A DNA stretch of 64,000 nucleotides from Pecten maximus (lineage: Eukaryota), in assembly GCF_902652985.1 (NCBI RefSeq), contig NC_047025.1:27342001-27406000 (forward strand), given 5' to 3'. Shown here in pieces: positions 1 to 12,289 of the stretch. Position 1 is the first letter of the stretch. Each line of letters starts with the position of its first letter. The notes below the pieces were generated by a model. That model made no database searches. It had not been told where the DNA came from and was given only the letters and a program-made list of their open reading frames with translations. The translations under genes were made by a program, and so were the position numbers.

Positions 1-159
1 TGTTCTAATAATTCCTAGCTATGGTGATATGACAGAACGTATTCCACCTTTTCCCTCCACGACTTGAATCCTTTCTGTGACGCAGGGATCCATCATTAGA
101 AAGCTCCAAGCTTTGCTAATCAATTTGATGATACATATGTACATTATTTTAAATTTTAG

Positions 160-3100
160 GAAGCATGTACAGCACTGCTGATGGATGGGGTCGTGGGTCA
201 AAGGAGTTTTGGAATGAGGGATCAGTAAGGGTTAGGGTGTGGAGTCATTTTAAAGCTGATTTGATATACTCCGCAGTGTCTTTATTGGGAAATACTACAA
301 GGAAACGGCATTCCCATCACCTATCCACGCGTAAAGGAGGCTCAATGGACATTGACAATGGAATGATTTACGTAACGGTAAATATCTTGCTTTCATTACC
401 GTTAACTGTTTTTATTTAGTATTTGAAAAAAACAACTTCTGTTATAAAGACAGATGATTATGTTTCATTTCGTTTTGTGTAATTGACGAGTAAGGAGTAA
501 GATATATATTGTTTTAAGATTCTTTAGATGGGATTTTCAGCTCAAAAGACTCGACTTTGTTTAGTATGAAAAGGGTAGGTTCCTAAAACCATTTTTTTGT
601 AAAAGCATACCTGAATATGTCATTTCTTTTACAGTTATGAAATGCAAAAGGTCTATAGGACCCGTAATTTACTTTTTACACTACTGAACTGGGTAGGGAA
701 GTGGTGGTAGAGTGAAGTTACAAAAGTTATGTTTAAACATTCTTAGAGATATTTATGGAAAAATAGACCTTCGGACATACACTTTCTTGATAATAATAAG
801 TTAATATCACATAATACAATATACATAGGACCTGAAAAGGTTAGCGGTAACCTGCCCGACCACGCGAGTTTTCCCTGGGTAATCCGGTTTCCTCCTACAT
901 TAAGATCACTCGCACGCTTACATCCGGGCTAACAAGCGTGATTAGTATAAGTTAGTATCTAGCTACCAAAACACCCTAAGAGGACTGGCTGTGCAATTCA
1001 TTAACTATGTAATTTATTAGCTTTCTCTTTATAACTGTCTACAACAGTAAAAGCTTAATAACATATATGGTTTTAGTACCAGTTTATATTTAATGGAATT
1101 TTGTAATTTTCTGGATGCAATTAAATATAATTACCTTCTTGTGACTATATCACTGTTAGTGATTATCTCCCTTCTCACAGTTCATTATATCACAGATCTC
1201 TGATTAAATATACAATAGATATATAAATTCTGTTATCTATGTAGCGTAAGCAAACATAATTTTTTATTTACTTATTTTTATTTAATACTTGAAATTTGTT
1301 TGGTACAATGTACACATGGAGGAGACCGGTAATACCATCTATACCTATCCTTTGTTTTTGTATTACATGTAACTTCTGTTTTTCTATTGTTTTGAATGAA
1401 TGTGTGAGTGAATACTTGTTGATTATTTTATTACATACAAATCATCATTTATAGGCCTTACAGAAAGATGCTGTGCTTTTACTTCACTAAAGATTAATGC
1501 TACTTTTATGAATCTTAGCAATGCCATTGGACTATTTAGTAAATTATACCTTATATTTATGTATTGGAATGAAGTATGTGGTTCCTCTCGCCGTCTTACT
1601 CTTGTATAAATATATTTTTATACCTTCAATACTTTTCAATTATACTTGAGCATCAAAAGAGGGAGTGTAACATCTTTCTGTCAGGTCTAACCTGAAGTTT
1701 TTCTGGAAGAAGGCTTATATAGGCTTAGCCTGTTGTCTGATTCTTTTAACAATGCTGTATTTGCATGCATAAATATTTGTATGTATTATATATGTATTGT
1801 TAATAAAATATTTTGAAATTAGTATAAGTTGATATAACTTGTTTCGCAATAGTTGTAAAATAGATAAAGTTTATATTATATATATAATAGTTGGAGCAAA
1901 TTAGTATTAATTAATGTTTTATATGATAATTCAAAAGATATACCTGGTGATAGCCTTCAATGCAACATGGTTAGAAGTAGTCACTTAAATGTTTATGTTC
2001 TCCGTTAACGTAAATGATAATATTTTGTAAATGTAATAAGCAAAATTGCCGATATTTTTGTGTGATTAACTAGTTGTATGGTCTCTATTCACTAACCTAC
2101 CTAACCTACCTAAAATGAAACTGTAATACACGGAAAGGTGACCAAGTAGTATAGGATACTTGCTGTATGACAACACAAACCTACTCTGCGTTTTCCTGCT
2201 GGACACTGGCAATACTGATCTGTGATAGGGTCATCCTTGTTGTATGTATTGGATACTATCCAAAGATTGTATTTGTTCTGGGATTTGTGGCGAGAACGTA
2301 ATTTTGTATTTTTGTCACTTGATTAGGCAGTAAGGATATCTGAAGGTCACCATTATCGGTTAGGTGTATCCCGAGTCTGGCTGATTTGATGAGCGCTATA
2401 TCTGGCGGTTTCCGTATCAAGCTCTGGAAAAAAATGTTTGTACTTGTCTTCCACTAAGAATTATTCTTCAAGTCCAAAGAGAGCCTAGCTCTTCTTGCTA
2501 GTTTATAGTCTTTTGCTGCACGGGCAATAGACGGATTGTGTATAGGACCACGGATAGCATTCAGGCAGGCAGTAGTAACTCCAACAAGCTGTTCTATAAC
2601 GTATTTCAATAAAACAATAAAAAGATAACTGCTCTTTAACAATTTCCGCAGTTTAAATCCTCCGTAGTAACTTTCTACGTCTCAGCATGCTTTTGTACAA
2701 TGTCTGTTTGATATTTCTGTGTCATGCTGTTGCTAACCTGACCGCAAGAATGAAGGCATGTGTGATTCAAAATCAGATGACTTGATGAGGTCAGAAACAT
2801 CACCGATCTCTCTGTCAATAACAATGTTATCACTATTATGTAGCCATACTTTCAGGTTTGCCACAGACTAAAAATAAAAAAAGAATGAAATCTTGGCGTC
2901 CTTTCATTGCCATAAAAGAGCCCTATTGTGTCCAGAACATAACCACCTGGAAGCACAAAACTCACCAACTGTAGATAATACCGCGTTTGTTTGCCGCAAT
3001 AGGAAGACATTTGCATTTCTTGATCTATAGTTTTCCGGACTATATACCGGTAAACATGCCATCCAAGACAACTGAATTCTTTTTTTACGTTCAAGGCTTT

Positions 3101-6100
3101 TTTGAAAGAGGTTTTGTGAGAATAATTGCATACAATCGTCTTGTTCAATGCTGAAGTAACCATATGGAATGTTAAAAAAAAAACGTCAGACATCCAAATA
3201 CAATACAGTGCACCGAGTCGTGACCAAGATACGTTTGTTTTAAGTTTAACCCAAAACAAGATTAATGCATTGAATGGTGAACTACATTTTGTATTAGTGA
3301 TGTTACTGACACATAGCTCATTAACCTTCATTTTGTTAAGTGACTCATGTCTCACAGTCCTCATTGGAGAGAGACTCAAAGTCTAACCTGGGTTTGTCAA
3401 TCCAACAATCACTGTGCTTGAATCATCTAGCAGATCATTAACGATAGCTTCTGTTTTGTTACGGAGGTACTCCTTGAGATTTTGAGCATACGTATTAGGC
3501 AGCAGGATACCATAGTTTGAAGTTCAGTAAGAGAGTCAGACGTGCAGAGGTTCATCCGATTCCACTGTATCTGGATGGTTCGGACAGTTTGAGGCCCCTC
3601 TGAGACCTCTGCGATACCAATTGGTCTTCGTTTCCTCTCACAGCGTTTCAAACGTTTGTAATTATAATTATAATGTGATTATTGATGGGTCTATACCTTC
3701 TTATGAAAGAAGTGTTCTGTGCCTCTCATGTTTAGCAACCTTTCGGAAGATTATTATTATTTGGAAGCATGTCCTGATCCAACATGCGATGTTTGTGCCA
3801 TAAAATAATAGTACTGAAGAAACGTTTTTGTATAAATTACATCTACATAACTCGATAAGCCTTTTGTTTACAACTATACCCTAAAGAATATTGCGTTTCA
3901 ATATTTAGGTTTTCAAAAATTTAGTACCAGCCTTATTATACATACGTGTATATAATGTGAAGTGCAGGCATTGGCATAGGTGCCCTTTGACCTTTATTCA
4001 TTTGATGATATCATGATATATGAACAAGCACAATCAGGACGGACACTGGGTTTATTGCCAACAAAGATGTTAAATCTTAGTCCCTATTACACAACTATTG
4101 ATAACGCATTTGACTATTGAATGACAAAATAAAGATAAATAGACTTATTAAGGGTTTTTACTATACTTGTTGCTGTGACGGCTTCCTTTATCTTATGCTT
4201 AATGAAATAATCTTTGCAATCAAATATTATTTAACACGGGTCTGTTCCGTGAACAGGGATATATCAACCTGAATGTAAGAGTTTGGTCAGTCAGCACGAG
4301 GGTTGCTTATTTATTTTAGTTATATACTTATCTGTTACATTTTCAGGTTAAGGCTGTTGGAGGTAAAAATGCCGGATTTTCCTTCCCGGGAATGGGAGCA
4401 GTACAAAATGCTGATCCCAATGAATCTTTTGGTGGGTTAGTGTACGCCTATGGCCCTCGTTCAATAGCTGTATGGCAACACGTACAACATGATCATGGAT
4501 ATCTTGTTTACATCAACCAAAACTGGGGCGGTGGTCTGATGTCTCAGAAATCCAAAAACGGCAGCATGATAGTTCGGTTTTGGGAGCCTTACACTAGTAG
4601 ATGTACGTATACAAAGCATGAACTTTCAACAATGTATTCTATATTAAAATATTAACGAGGCCATTTCTTGTTTTTACATGGAAGCTTATATTTGATACAA
4701 GGAATGAATCGATAACATGTTACCAAATGCAGCTTGTTTTAACTAATGATAATTTGAAAAATAAATTTCAAATTGTAATTACTAATAACACTATTTTATC
4801 AAATTGATTGTTTTTTCCCAATTTTATTGTATTCAGTTTGATGCCATTAAGTTTTAATGTGTGTATGATGTTTTTATTCTATTTGTATTATGTTAAAAAA
4901 AAAAAACTTTCCGAAACATTTTCATGGATATAAATAACAATATGAACACAATGGGAATTTGTTTTTGTATGAATATATGAGAGAAACATTTCGTGTCATA
5001 GGTCCAACCTCTCCAATCAACCATCCAGTTACCGTTCATCTAGACAATGGGAATCCTACGACGTTATCCTCCGTACAGTCAGGTAACGTTTGTCATTTAG
5101 TATTTCATCTTCATTTATATCAACAATACAACCGCATTGTATAACAGCACGTTAGGTGTTGGATCCTTGATTTTGATCCCATTATTAATTCATATCCATA
5201 AATCAGCATTATAAACTAATTTACATCATTAATTATTCCAATAAGATATTCATTTTTGAGTACATATTTGCTTTATTGGTTGATATATATAAATGGTATC
5301 AATTTAACATGAAGAGGAAATTGAAAAACATGTTTGTTGTACTTACTTACTCTTGGCAGACTGTTGGCATTTTGTTTGACTTTAGATTCTAATGCATCAG
5401 TGATGAGATTCCATATATAATTCATCAAGACTAAGGCGAAACATGCAACGTTCGGATTTATTGCAGGGGATGTTGATATCGTATTTTTGTGTGTGGAGTT
5501 CTGATAATTGTATAATTGATATTGAATACTGATCATTTCCTTCTTACCAAGTAGATTTAATGGTGTATCTGCATACTTATATTCTGCATGTGAATTTGAG
5601 AAGATATCAATACTCTTAAGCTACGTTTTATATCATTCTATTTATTTAGTCCAATATTAACTACTCAATTAAATGGAAGATTAAGGAAAAGAACTACATA
5701 TCTCTTATTTTGTTTTAAAGAAAATAAAACATTTCAATATTGTACTAGTGCTGCTTTACAGAGCTGGTTTTAACAGGCGAAATAAATTAATAATTTTATC
5801 AGGTAATAACATTCAGATACATGAAATTATGTGATTGCGCAAAACATTTTACATGAGTTCCCGTAATTCAAAAAATATATATATATAGAAAATTAAATTG
5901 AAAAGTAAGATACGATAGATGTAAAGGAATACCCAATATACACACAAGATGTTAATACCATTCAAAACAAATTGGGAATTAAATACTGTATAGATAAATA
6001 AAACTAAAAAAGGAATCAAACTGCATCATACATTCTAGGAATCATCAGCTGAGCTAAGGTCCGAATGTGTTGATACCTATAAGGAACTGTAATCTAACAA

Positions 6101-9100
6101 AGAAATCATGAAATTGTAAAATAGTACAATGATCGCTTTAGTATTAAATTTGCATGTTCCTTTAAGTCTTTAGGTTCATGAAACGTTTCATAAATGGACG
6201 ACGTAATTCACATTCACAACAGCAAGAACCCAGGACTGAGTGAAAAGCGGATGGTTTCTCTTAATTTTACATGTATGATGCAGTATTCATATGAATAGGT
6301 TCCTTTTTTAATTAAGCCTTTATTTTAGCGATTTTAACTATAAATCCTTACTTGTGATGTTTTAAGATTCGTTCAATATTAAGTTTTTGTTATTATTGAT
6401 TTCAGCAGCAATGACCAACACTGTACACCTACATACGACAGCGGCACCTAACACCGTAAACACAAATACGACAGCGTCACAAACATCGGGTAAGACTAAT
6501 AGAATCGTTCACCCCCTTGGGGGTGAGACAGGGGAATCTCAACCCGAGGGGAAGATTATTAAGTTGCCAAACACGAGGCTTGCCGAGTGTTTGGCAGCTT
6601 AATTATCTTACCCTGAGGGTTGAGATTCCCCTGTCTCACTGCCATGGGGGTGAATGATTATTTTTCTCTTACCCTGTTTAACCTCTTATGTATCTAATAT
6701 TGACGTTAAAGTAATGCAAGGAAATGTTGACGTGACGAGATTGAATTGTCAACGTGCCGTCATTATACTGTTGCCGTGACGTCATGGTATTGTTGACGTG
6801 ACGAAATACAATTGTTGACTGCGGATATCCCTGCCCAGGGTAAGAGAATATTTTTCTCTTACCCTGTTTACCCCCTTATGTATCTGATATTTACGTTACA
6901 TCAATGGAAGGAAATGTTGACGTGACGTGATTGAATTGTCGTCGTGACGTCATTGTATTGTCGACGTGATAAATGCAATTGTTGAGAACGTGAAAAGAGC
7001 ACGTGTAGCTTGTCTTGAAATAAGAAAATCTCACCCTGGTAAAACTACGGATATCCCTGTCCAGGGATAAGAGAACATGTGATCTCGTATATCATAAAAC
7101 ATACCTGATTGTTCCAGAAACTCGAACAAGTCCTTTATATTACATTTGTTTAAGAACATTTCATGATATATATTTCCTTGTAGATTCTTTCTTGCAATAA
7201 ACTGCTTTAAAGTGCAGCTCATAGACAGTATGAATGTCACTTTATTATAAGCAAAGGACATGAAAGGCATCAATTTTATATCTTTTATATACGTGAATGG
7301 TACTTCTGTGTGGAATTGACCTTCAAAACTCGAATTTGTTTGTCCAGCTATGCAAGCTTCAACACATCAACAATCCACAATCGGAAGTAGTTCAGCGTCA
7401 TTTCTTTCCCCAGGTAAATATATGATTCTTATCATTGAAATAATACTAAGATAACAGATTAAACATTAATTAGAAAAATAGACAATCAAGATTTTGTCTT
7501 CGTCTTTCAATTACCATTTAACACGTTTGTCCACGAGGAGCCTTAAATGAAAAAAAACTACCATTTTAATCATATGATTTTTTTTCGTATATTGAATCCA
7601 TTTACATTCATCTAATTATCCTATCTGAATAATAATCTCATTTAAGCGGCCACATCAGAAGAATCTCAAGGAATGAGTGGTGCAGGTAGGTAATTATTTC
7701 TTATGATACCTGATTGTCTCTTTTGTTTTGTAATAACGATGTTACGAGGGATGATTTATATGTATGGAGCCTCGTATTGAAGGAGGTGCTCAATGAGGTT
7801 TTTTTTAAGTCCTATTATTCTCCGACAATATAGGGCCGTGTACCCAAGGACTGGTCTCATTTTGTTACTTTATATCGACGAGGTAGCACTCTAAAATGAA
7901 CAAGACAAGCGGCTTTTGTAAAATGGACAAAATCGGTTAGGGTTAGGGTTTGGGTGAAAGAATATGTCATTGCCATGACTGCCATTCACGATTTTGGCAT
8001 TAAATTGATTGAACATCCGCCTTATTCACCTGATCTCGCTCCATCAGACTTTCATCTATTTCCCAAACTGAAAACAGCTATTTCAGGCACCCTAACCCTA
8101 ACCCTTACATGCAGTGGATGACTTTCCTGAACAGCAGTATGTCCGACAAAATTCAAATCCTTCAATATGAGGCTCACAACTTATCAATCAGCCCTCGTAA
8201 TTTTTAGATACAAGCACATTTTGTTCAAAGTATATTTTTTTCACTGTCTTAGTGCTGTTTTATCAGGCCCAGTAGCTGTATGAGCCATTTGGCAATAAAA
8301 TACGATTTAGCTTATAATTTTTTGCATTGGTGATGTGAATATTTTCTGATTTGTCAAAATTTCGTTTTAATAAACTTTAGAGAAACAATTAAAAAATCGA
8401 ATTTAAATCAAAATTTAAAAGAAGGATAGAATTATAATAATAACAATACATTGTAGTACCTTAGCATCGGGATTATAGCACATTTGGATTACAGACTTAT
8501 ATATTACCACTACGCCAATATTCCTATTCGTATTAAATTCAATCAATTTAACAAAACTATACATCTCGTACGAGAATTGAAGATAAATGATAATCATTCT
8601 TCCTAATTTCAGTTCGGATTCTGTCCTAGACTGTTGATAATACGTATTCGTGTTTTATTCTTGTATAAAAATTCATATGAAATACAGTTGTATTTTGTTC
8701 CTTATGTAGAACTTGTATACATATTGAATGAATGTTTTGTTTCTGGTAAATTTTCATTTAATCACCTCTGCTGGATAATTACTCAATGTTCTGTTTCTAG
8801 TGTTAGGAATCATCATTGGAGCATGTCTGTTAGTAGTATGTGGTGTAGTTACGGGTGTCATATGTGCCTTTTATAAGAAGAAAAAGATGCAAATCGAAGA
8901 CAAGGTAACAACAATTTATATATTTTGAGCTCCTTAATTCTAAAATGAAAAACAAATTTGATTTCAATTATTCAAACATTTATAAGCGGAATATTTATAT
9001 TATTAAACTATCGGGTGACGACTTATATTACATCAATCATTTAACCCCTGAATGAAGGAAATAGTATATAACAAATAATGTATAATCATTGACATAATAA

Positions 9101-9249
9101 TCTCGAAAGCAAAATTAGCATAAAATGGCAATCCACTGATTGGTTATTTATTTAAGTTATTTATATTTTAGATCCTGATTATAATGTCATGAATCTAAGA
9201 TACCTACGAGTGATTTGGTTATTTTTTTCAGAATGTAGTCAATGAATAG
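160..9249 (+). CDS. Gene A (5'-partial): uncharacterised type-I membrane protein with 'GGxVY..x(R/A)(V/I)W' repeat domains, S/T-rich stalk, TM helix and very short tail; paralog of gene B
   Basis: Phase-consistent exons 160-377 (GSMYSTADGWG...VRVRVW...MIYVT), 4347-4602 (VKAVGGKNAGFSFPGMGAVQNADPNESFGGLVYAY...RFWEPY), 5002-5082, 6406-6489, 7348-7413, 7647-7685 (S/T-rich), 8801-8904 (TM VLGIIIGACLLVVCGVVTGVICAFY then KKKK), 9232-9249 (NVVNE*). All junctions are GT-AG. The first two exons align with gene B exons at 35730-35941 and 34884-35163. Confidence 0.8.
835..1875 (+). mobile_element. SINE remnant (CCGGTTTCCTCC core) interrupted by a ~860-bp insertion resembling a LINE 3' end
   Basis: The 'gggtaatccggtttcctcc' core is typical of V-domain-type SINEs. 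The SINE tail is split by insertion 954-1817, which is flanked by the direct repeat ATTAGTATAAGTT (941-953 and 1818-1830) and ends in AATAAAATATTTTGAA. Confidence 0.5.
2130..3650 (-). pseudogene. Decayed DDE transposase (PIF/Harbinger-ISL2EU-like) with C-terminal SWIM zinc finger
   Basis: Minus-strand fragments: VVLDG..YIVRKT...SSYCGKQTRYYLQLVSFVLPGGYVLDTIG (~2925-3075), IVIDR (~2810-2830), PSFLRSG*QQHDTE (~2715-2760), and YCQCPAGKRRVGLCCHTASILYYL (CxC-x-CxH SWIM, ~2140-2215). Stops and frameshifts are present. It lies in an intron of gene A. Confidence 0.55.
6497..7095. mobile_element. Non-autonomous element with a ~70-bp-arm hairpin followed by ~2 copies of a ~185-bp repeat
   Basis: Inverted arms ~6503-6573 and ~6587-6659 surround ACGAGGCTTGCCGAGT. 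The direct repeat 'tttttctcttaccctgtt...gttgacgtgacg...ggatatccctg(c/t)ccaggg' occurs at ~6660 and ~6850 with a partial copy at ~7050. Confidence 0.5.
7743..8199 (+). mobile_element. Internally deleted mariner (Tc1/mariner) transposon
   Basis: TA-flanked TIRs TACGAGGGATGATT...AATCAGCCCTCGTA. Remnant transposase start MDKIG at 7923, and VIAMTAIHDFGIKLIEHPPYSPDLAPSDFHLFPKLKTAISGT containing the mariner YSPDLAP(S)D motif. Confidence 0.85.
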
Positions 9250-10543
9250 TTTATTTCACTGGATATATTGACGGACAAGCCATGTGGTAGACAGGATATC
9301 TTCACAGCTTCAGTCGTAATCCATCAGTATGGACACAACCTAGTTGTCATTTTCACCAAGAACACATGAGATATATTGATGATTGCTTAATAACAGTATA
9401 TCCCGTTTAAAGATGTCGGATGGTAATTATCTCATTGTTGCAAAGATATTTATAAACAATGTGGATTCTTGTTCAAAACTAAAACATTACTATCATAATC
9501 TTTTCCTGACAATAAAACAAAAGACAATGCAATCAATTGTATTTTGTAAATTATACTTTTCAATGTTGATATCAATATAAATGTCTAATTTAATTCTGAA
9601 TCAGTAATGTTTGAATATTTGTATGTTTAATCCTTACACGACAAATGGTAATTCGTATTAAACCATTTAAATGGTTTTAAACTGTTCTTATTTTTTCACT
9701 TATTAAAACAGTTTTGAAATGTTTCCCTCCGATAATCGATGACAATTTTCGAGATTATATGGGCGTTATTGAAACCATATACCTACATGCATAATTGATA
9801 CTTAACTTTTTTTAATGATATGATTAAAGTTACATAAAACGTAATATGAATTAAATTTCAACGAAAATGAGATGAACCACTGATAAAAATACCCATGTTA
9901 AGACTACTCGGACATTCGTGTGATCAATACAGGAAATCGGAATTCCGATCTGTTCAATATTTCTGTCAGGAGTTTATCTTATCATATAACGAGTTACCTA
10001 TGTCTATATAAGGTGACGTAATACAGTACATATACTGAACACTACTAGTGCTGCTTGTTTCACCTAGGTTTTAGTGACTGCATGTGATGAACGCTATTTC
10101 TCAATCTATATTAAAATCTTGAATAGGAATTCCCTGACTAATTAATCCAACAAATCATGGATGTGAAAAAAATATTAAAGTCGCAACGTCAAACGCATTT
10201 TTGGATGATTAGACGAGGAATAAGACAGAGCTAAGATCGTACTCTCTGTTACTTGTATAAAATGATTTCTATAAATAAACCGGAAGGCGAACTGTAGTTT
10301 TCCACAGTCTATACCTATTCATACAATAACATATCTGTGACAACAAATGGCATATTGCTATACTGTACATTAATTAAGCTATTGTTAATCAAATGATGCC
10401 GACACAATTGTAGTATTATTTTTTATTCAAAACATATCATTTGACTTACAATACATATTTACAACAAAGTGAAACAACGAAGAGATCAAAGTAAATAAGT
10501 TTAAAATGAGAGAGCATCATATTTGTCAAATCTAATTATTTGT

Positions 10544-12185
10544 TCAGCATCCTGTTTGATCACACTTGATAAAGTGCCCGGTATCGATTCTAAAACCTTT
10601 GAAAACATTAAAGAGTTCATCAATTTTGGCTTGTGGTAGCGACCTCTGTCGGGAAAGAATCCAAGCAAATTCAAGATGGCTGATTCCAAGGATGTCAGTA
10701 CATGAGTAAATAAGTGTATATGAGGTGTAGTCTGTTTTAAGTACCCAGTAATTACCGTACGGCGTGTCTGTAACAGATAAAGAAATATATATAAGAGCGT
10801 CTTATTCACAGTGTTATCTATCATGTTTATTTCTGGAAATTTTGATACCATTATATCTCGGCACATATAAAGGTCTTTACTTATGAACTTACATGGAGAA
10901 AATTTTAAAAAGAGAAAAAGTGTAATGTGATTACTTACTTGCGGCGAATCTGATTTTAAGCTTAGCAGGTGAATTGAGGTCAGATTGGAAGGCATCACCG
11001 AAGGCAATAGAGCGATTTCTTGTCTTAGGACTGTAGGCGAGAAAATATACATTAGCAAATTACTTTGTACAATACCATATTTAGCAAATGTTGACAAAAA
11101 AATCAAACTTTATAGATTTTACTTATTGACACTTTCACTAGTATGTATGATAGTATACAACGGTCAGGGTAGGCCTAATTTTCAAGTAACATTAAAGACA
11201 AAACATAAAATGAATAACAATGCCATACATATTTGATGAACCAACTGTTACATAAAAGCCAGATATACCAAACAGCGTTCTGGTTAGAAAAGCATTTGTC
11301 TGACCATGATCTCATGTATACCTCTGTTAATATTATATATGTATAATTCCCGTTATAAACCACCGCTTCACTCATAAACAGTATATACTCACTCAATACC
11401 GACGTTCTTCACCCGGATATGGTTGTCAGGTAAAAGGGTATAGTTTGCGACGATACATTTCTCTCCTGATTCGAAGCTGGCTGGAAATTTGTAAAGTTCA
11501 TACCAATCGCCGATATACTGCAAAACAAATTGAACGAAACATTTAATTACTTGTAATTGGTTAATATTATAGTACTTTTTCATAACCAAGATTGATATTA
11601 ATGCCGTGATAATAAATCTATAAGAAGGCAGCTATATATTTTGGTTCATGCAACATAGAAATAAGAAAGGTTTAAACCTTACCTATGATTTTAGTTGAGT
11701 ATGACTTTAATTATGGTCAAGTAAGTATAATAAAATGGCATTTAAAGAGTCAAGGCATGGTTACTCACAGTATACGCCAAGAGGACATTTGTGATTTTAT
11801 ATTTTTCTTTTAATTAAAATATTAAAGACATATCACAGAGTATATTGATAAGAAAAATAACAAAAAAAAATGAAAAATGACATATTTAGTTAATTCATCT
11901 TATTGACCATGGTATTGCATAGATCATAGGGACTGCGTTTCATTTTAATTCCTTCTTTATATACCAACATATGCCCCTTTTTAGGTATGGGTTTAGGATT
12001 AAACCAATGGTTTCCAACAAAAGTTATGACTATTTTCTTTAAGCTTTTCTAATATGTGAATTCAAACTTACCTTGTTGAGATCGAAGTTTTCCATTGTAT
12101 GTGTAGTTGGGCAATGCCCGAAACTGAACGTCTGGGCCGAAGCGAAAACAACAACGGCCGCTAGAATTAAACCTTGTCGAAGCAT
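10544..12185 (-). CDS. APOD: Apolipoprotein D-like lipocalin 1 (184 aa, secreted)
   Basis: Exons 12185-12072 (signal peptide MLRQGLILAAVVVFASAQ, GHCP...FDLNK), 11517-11393 (YIGDWYELYKF, lipocalin SCR1 GxWY), 11030-10939 (AKLKIRF), 10767-10544 (YWVLKTDYTSYTLIYSC SCR2; AWILSR SCR3; ...KCDQTGC*). 555 nt, in frame. Confidence 0.93.
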
Positions 12186-12253
12186 GGTGGCAGTCGTGAT
12201 TTGTACGTTTTCAGCTGTAAGATGGATATGCAGGATTTTACTAAAACATGAGT

Positions 12254-12289
12254 CTTTATATAAGCAATGAACTAGACAAAGCTCACGTG
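12254..12289 (-). promoter_or_regulatory. TATA box (TATATAAAG) plus E-box (CACGTGA) of ApoD-1
   Basis: TATA at 12254-12262 lies ~70 bp upstream of the ATG. CACGTG at 12284-12289 has essentially the same spacing as in the paralog promoter. Confidence 0.6.

Noticed and set aside
10501-11106. 201-aa minus-strand ORF
   Set aside because: Off-frame read-through across ApoD-1 exons 3-4 and the intron between them.
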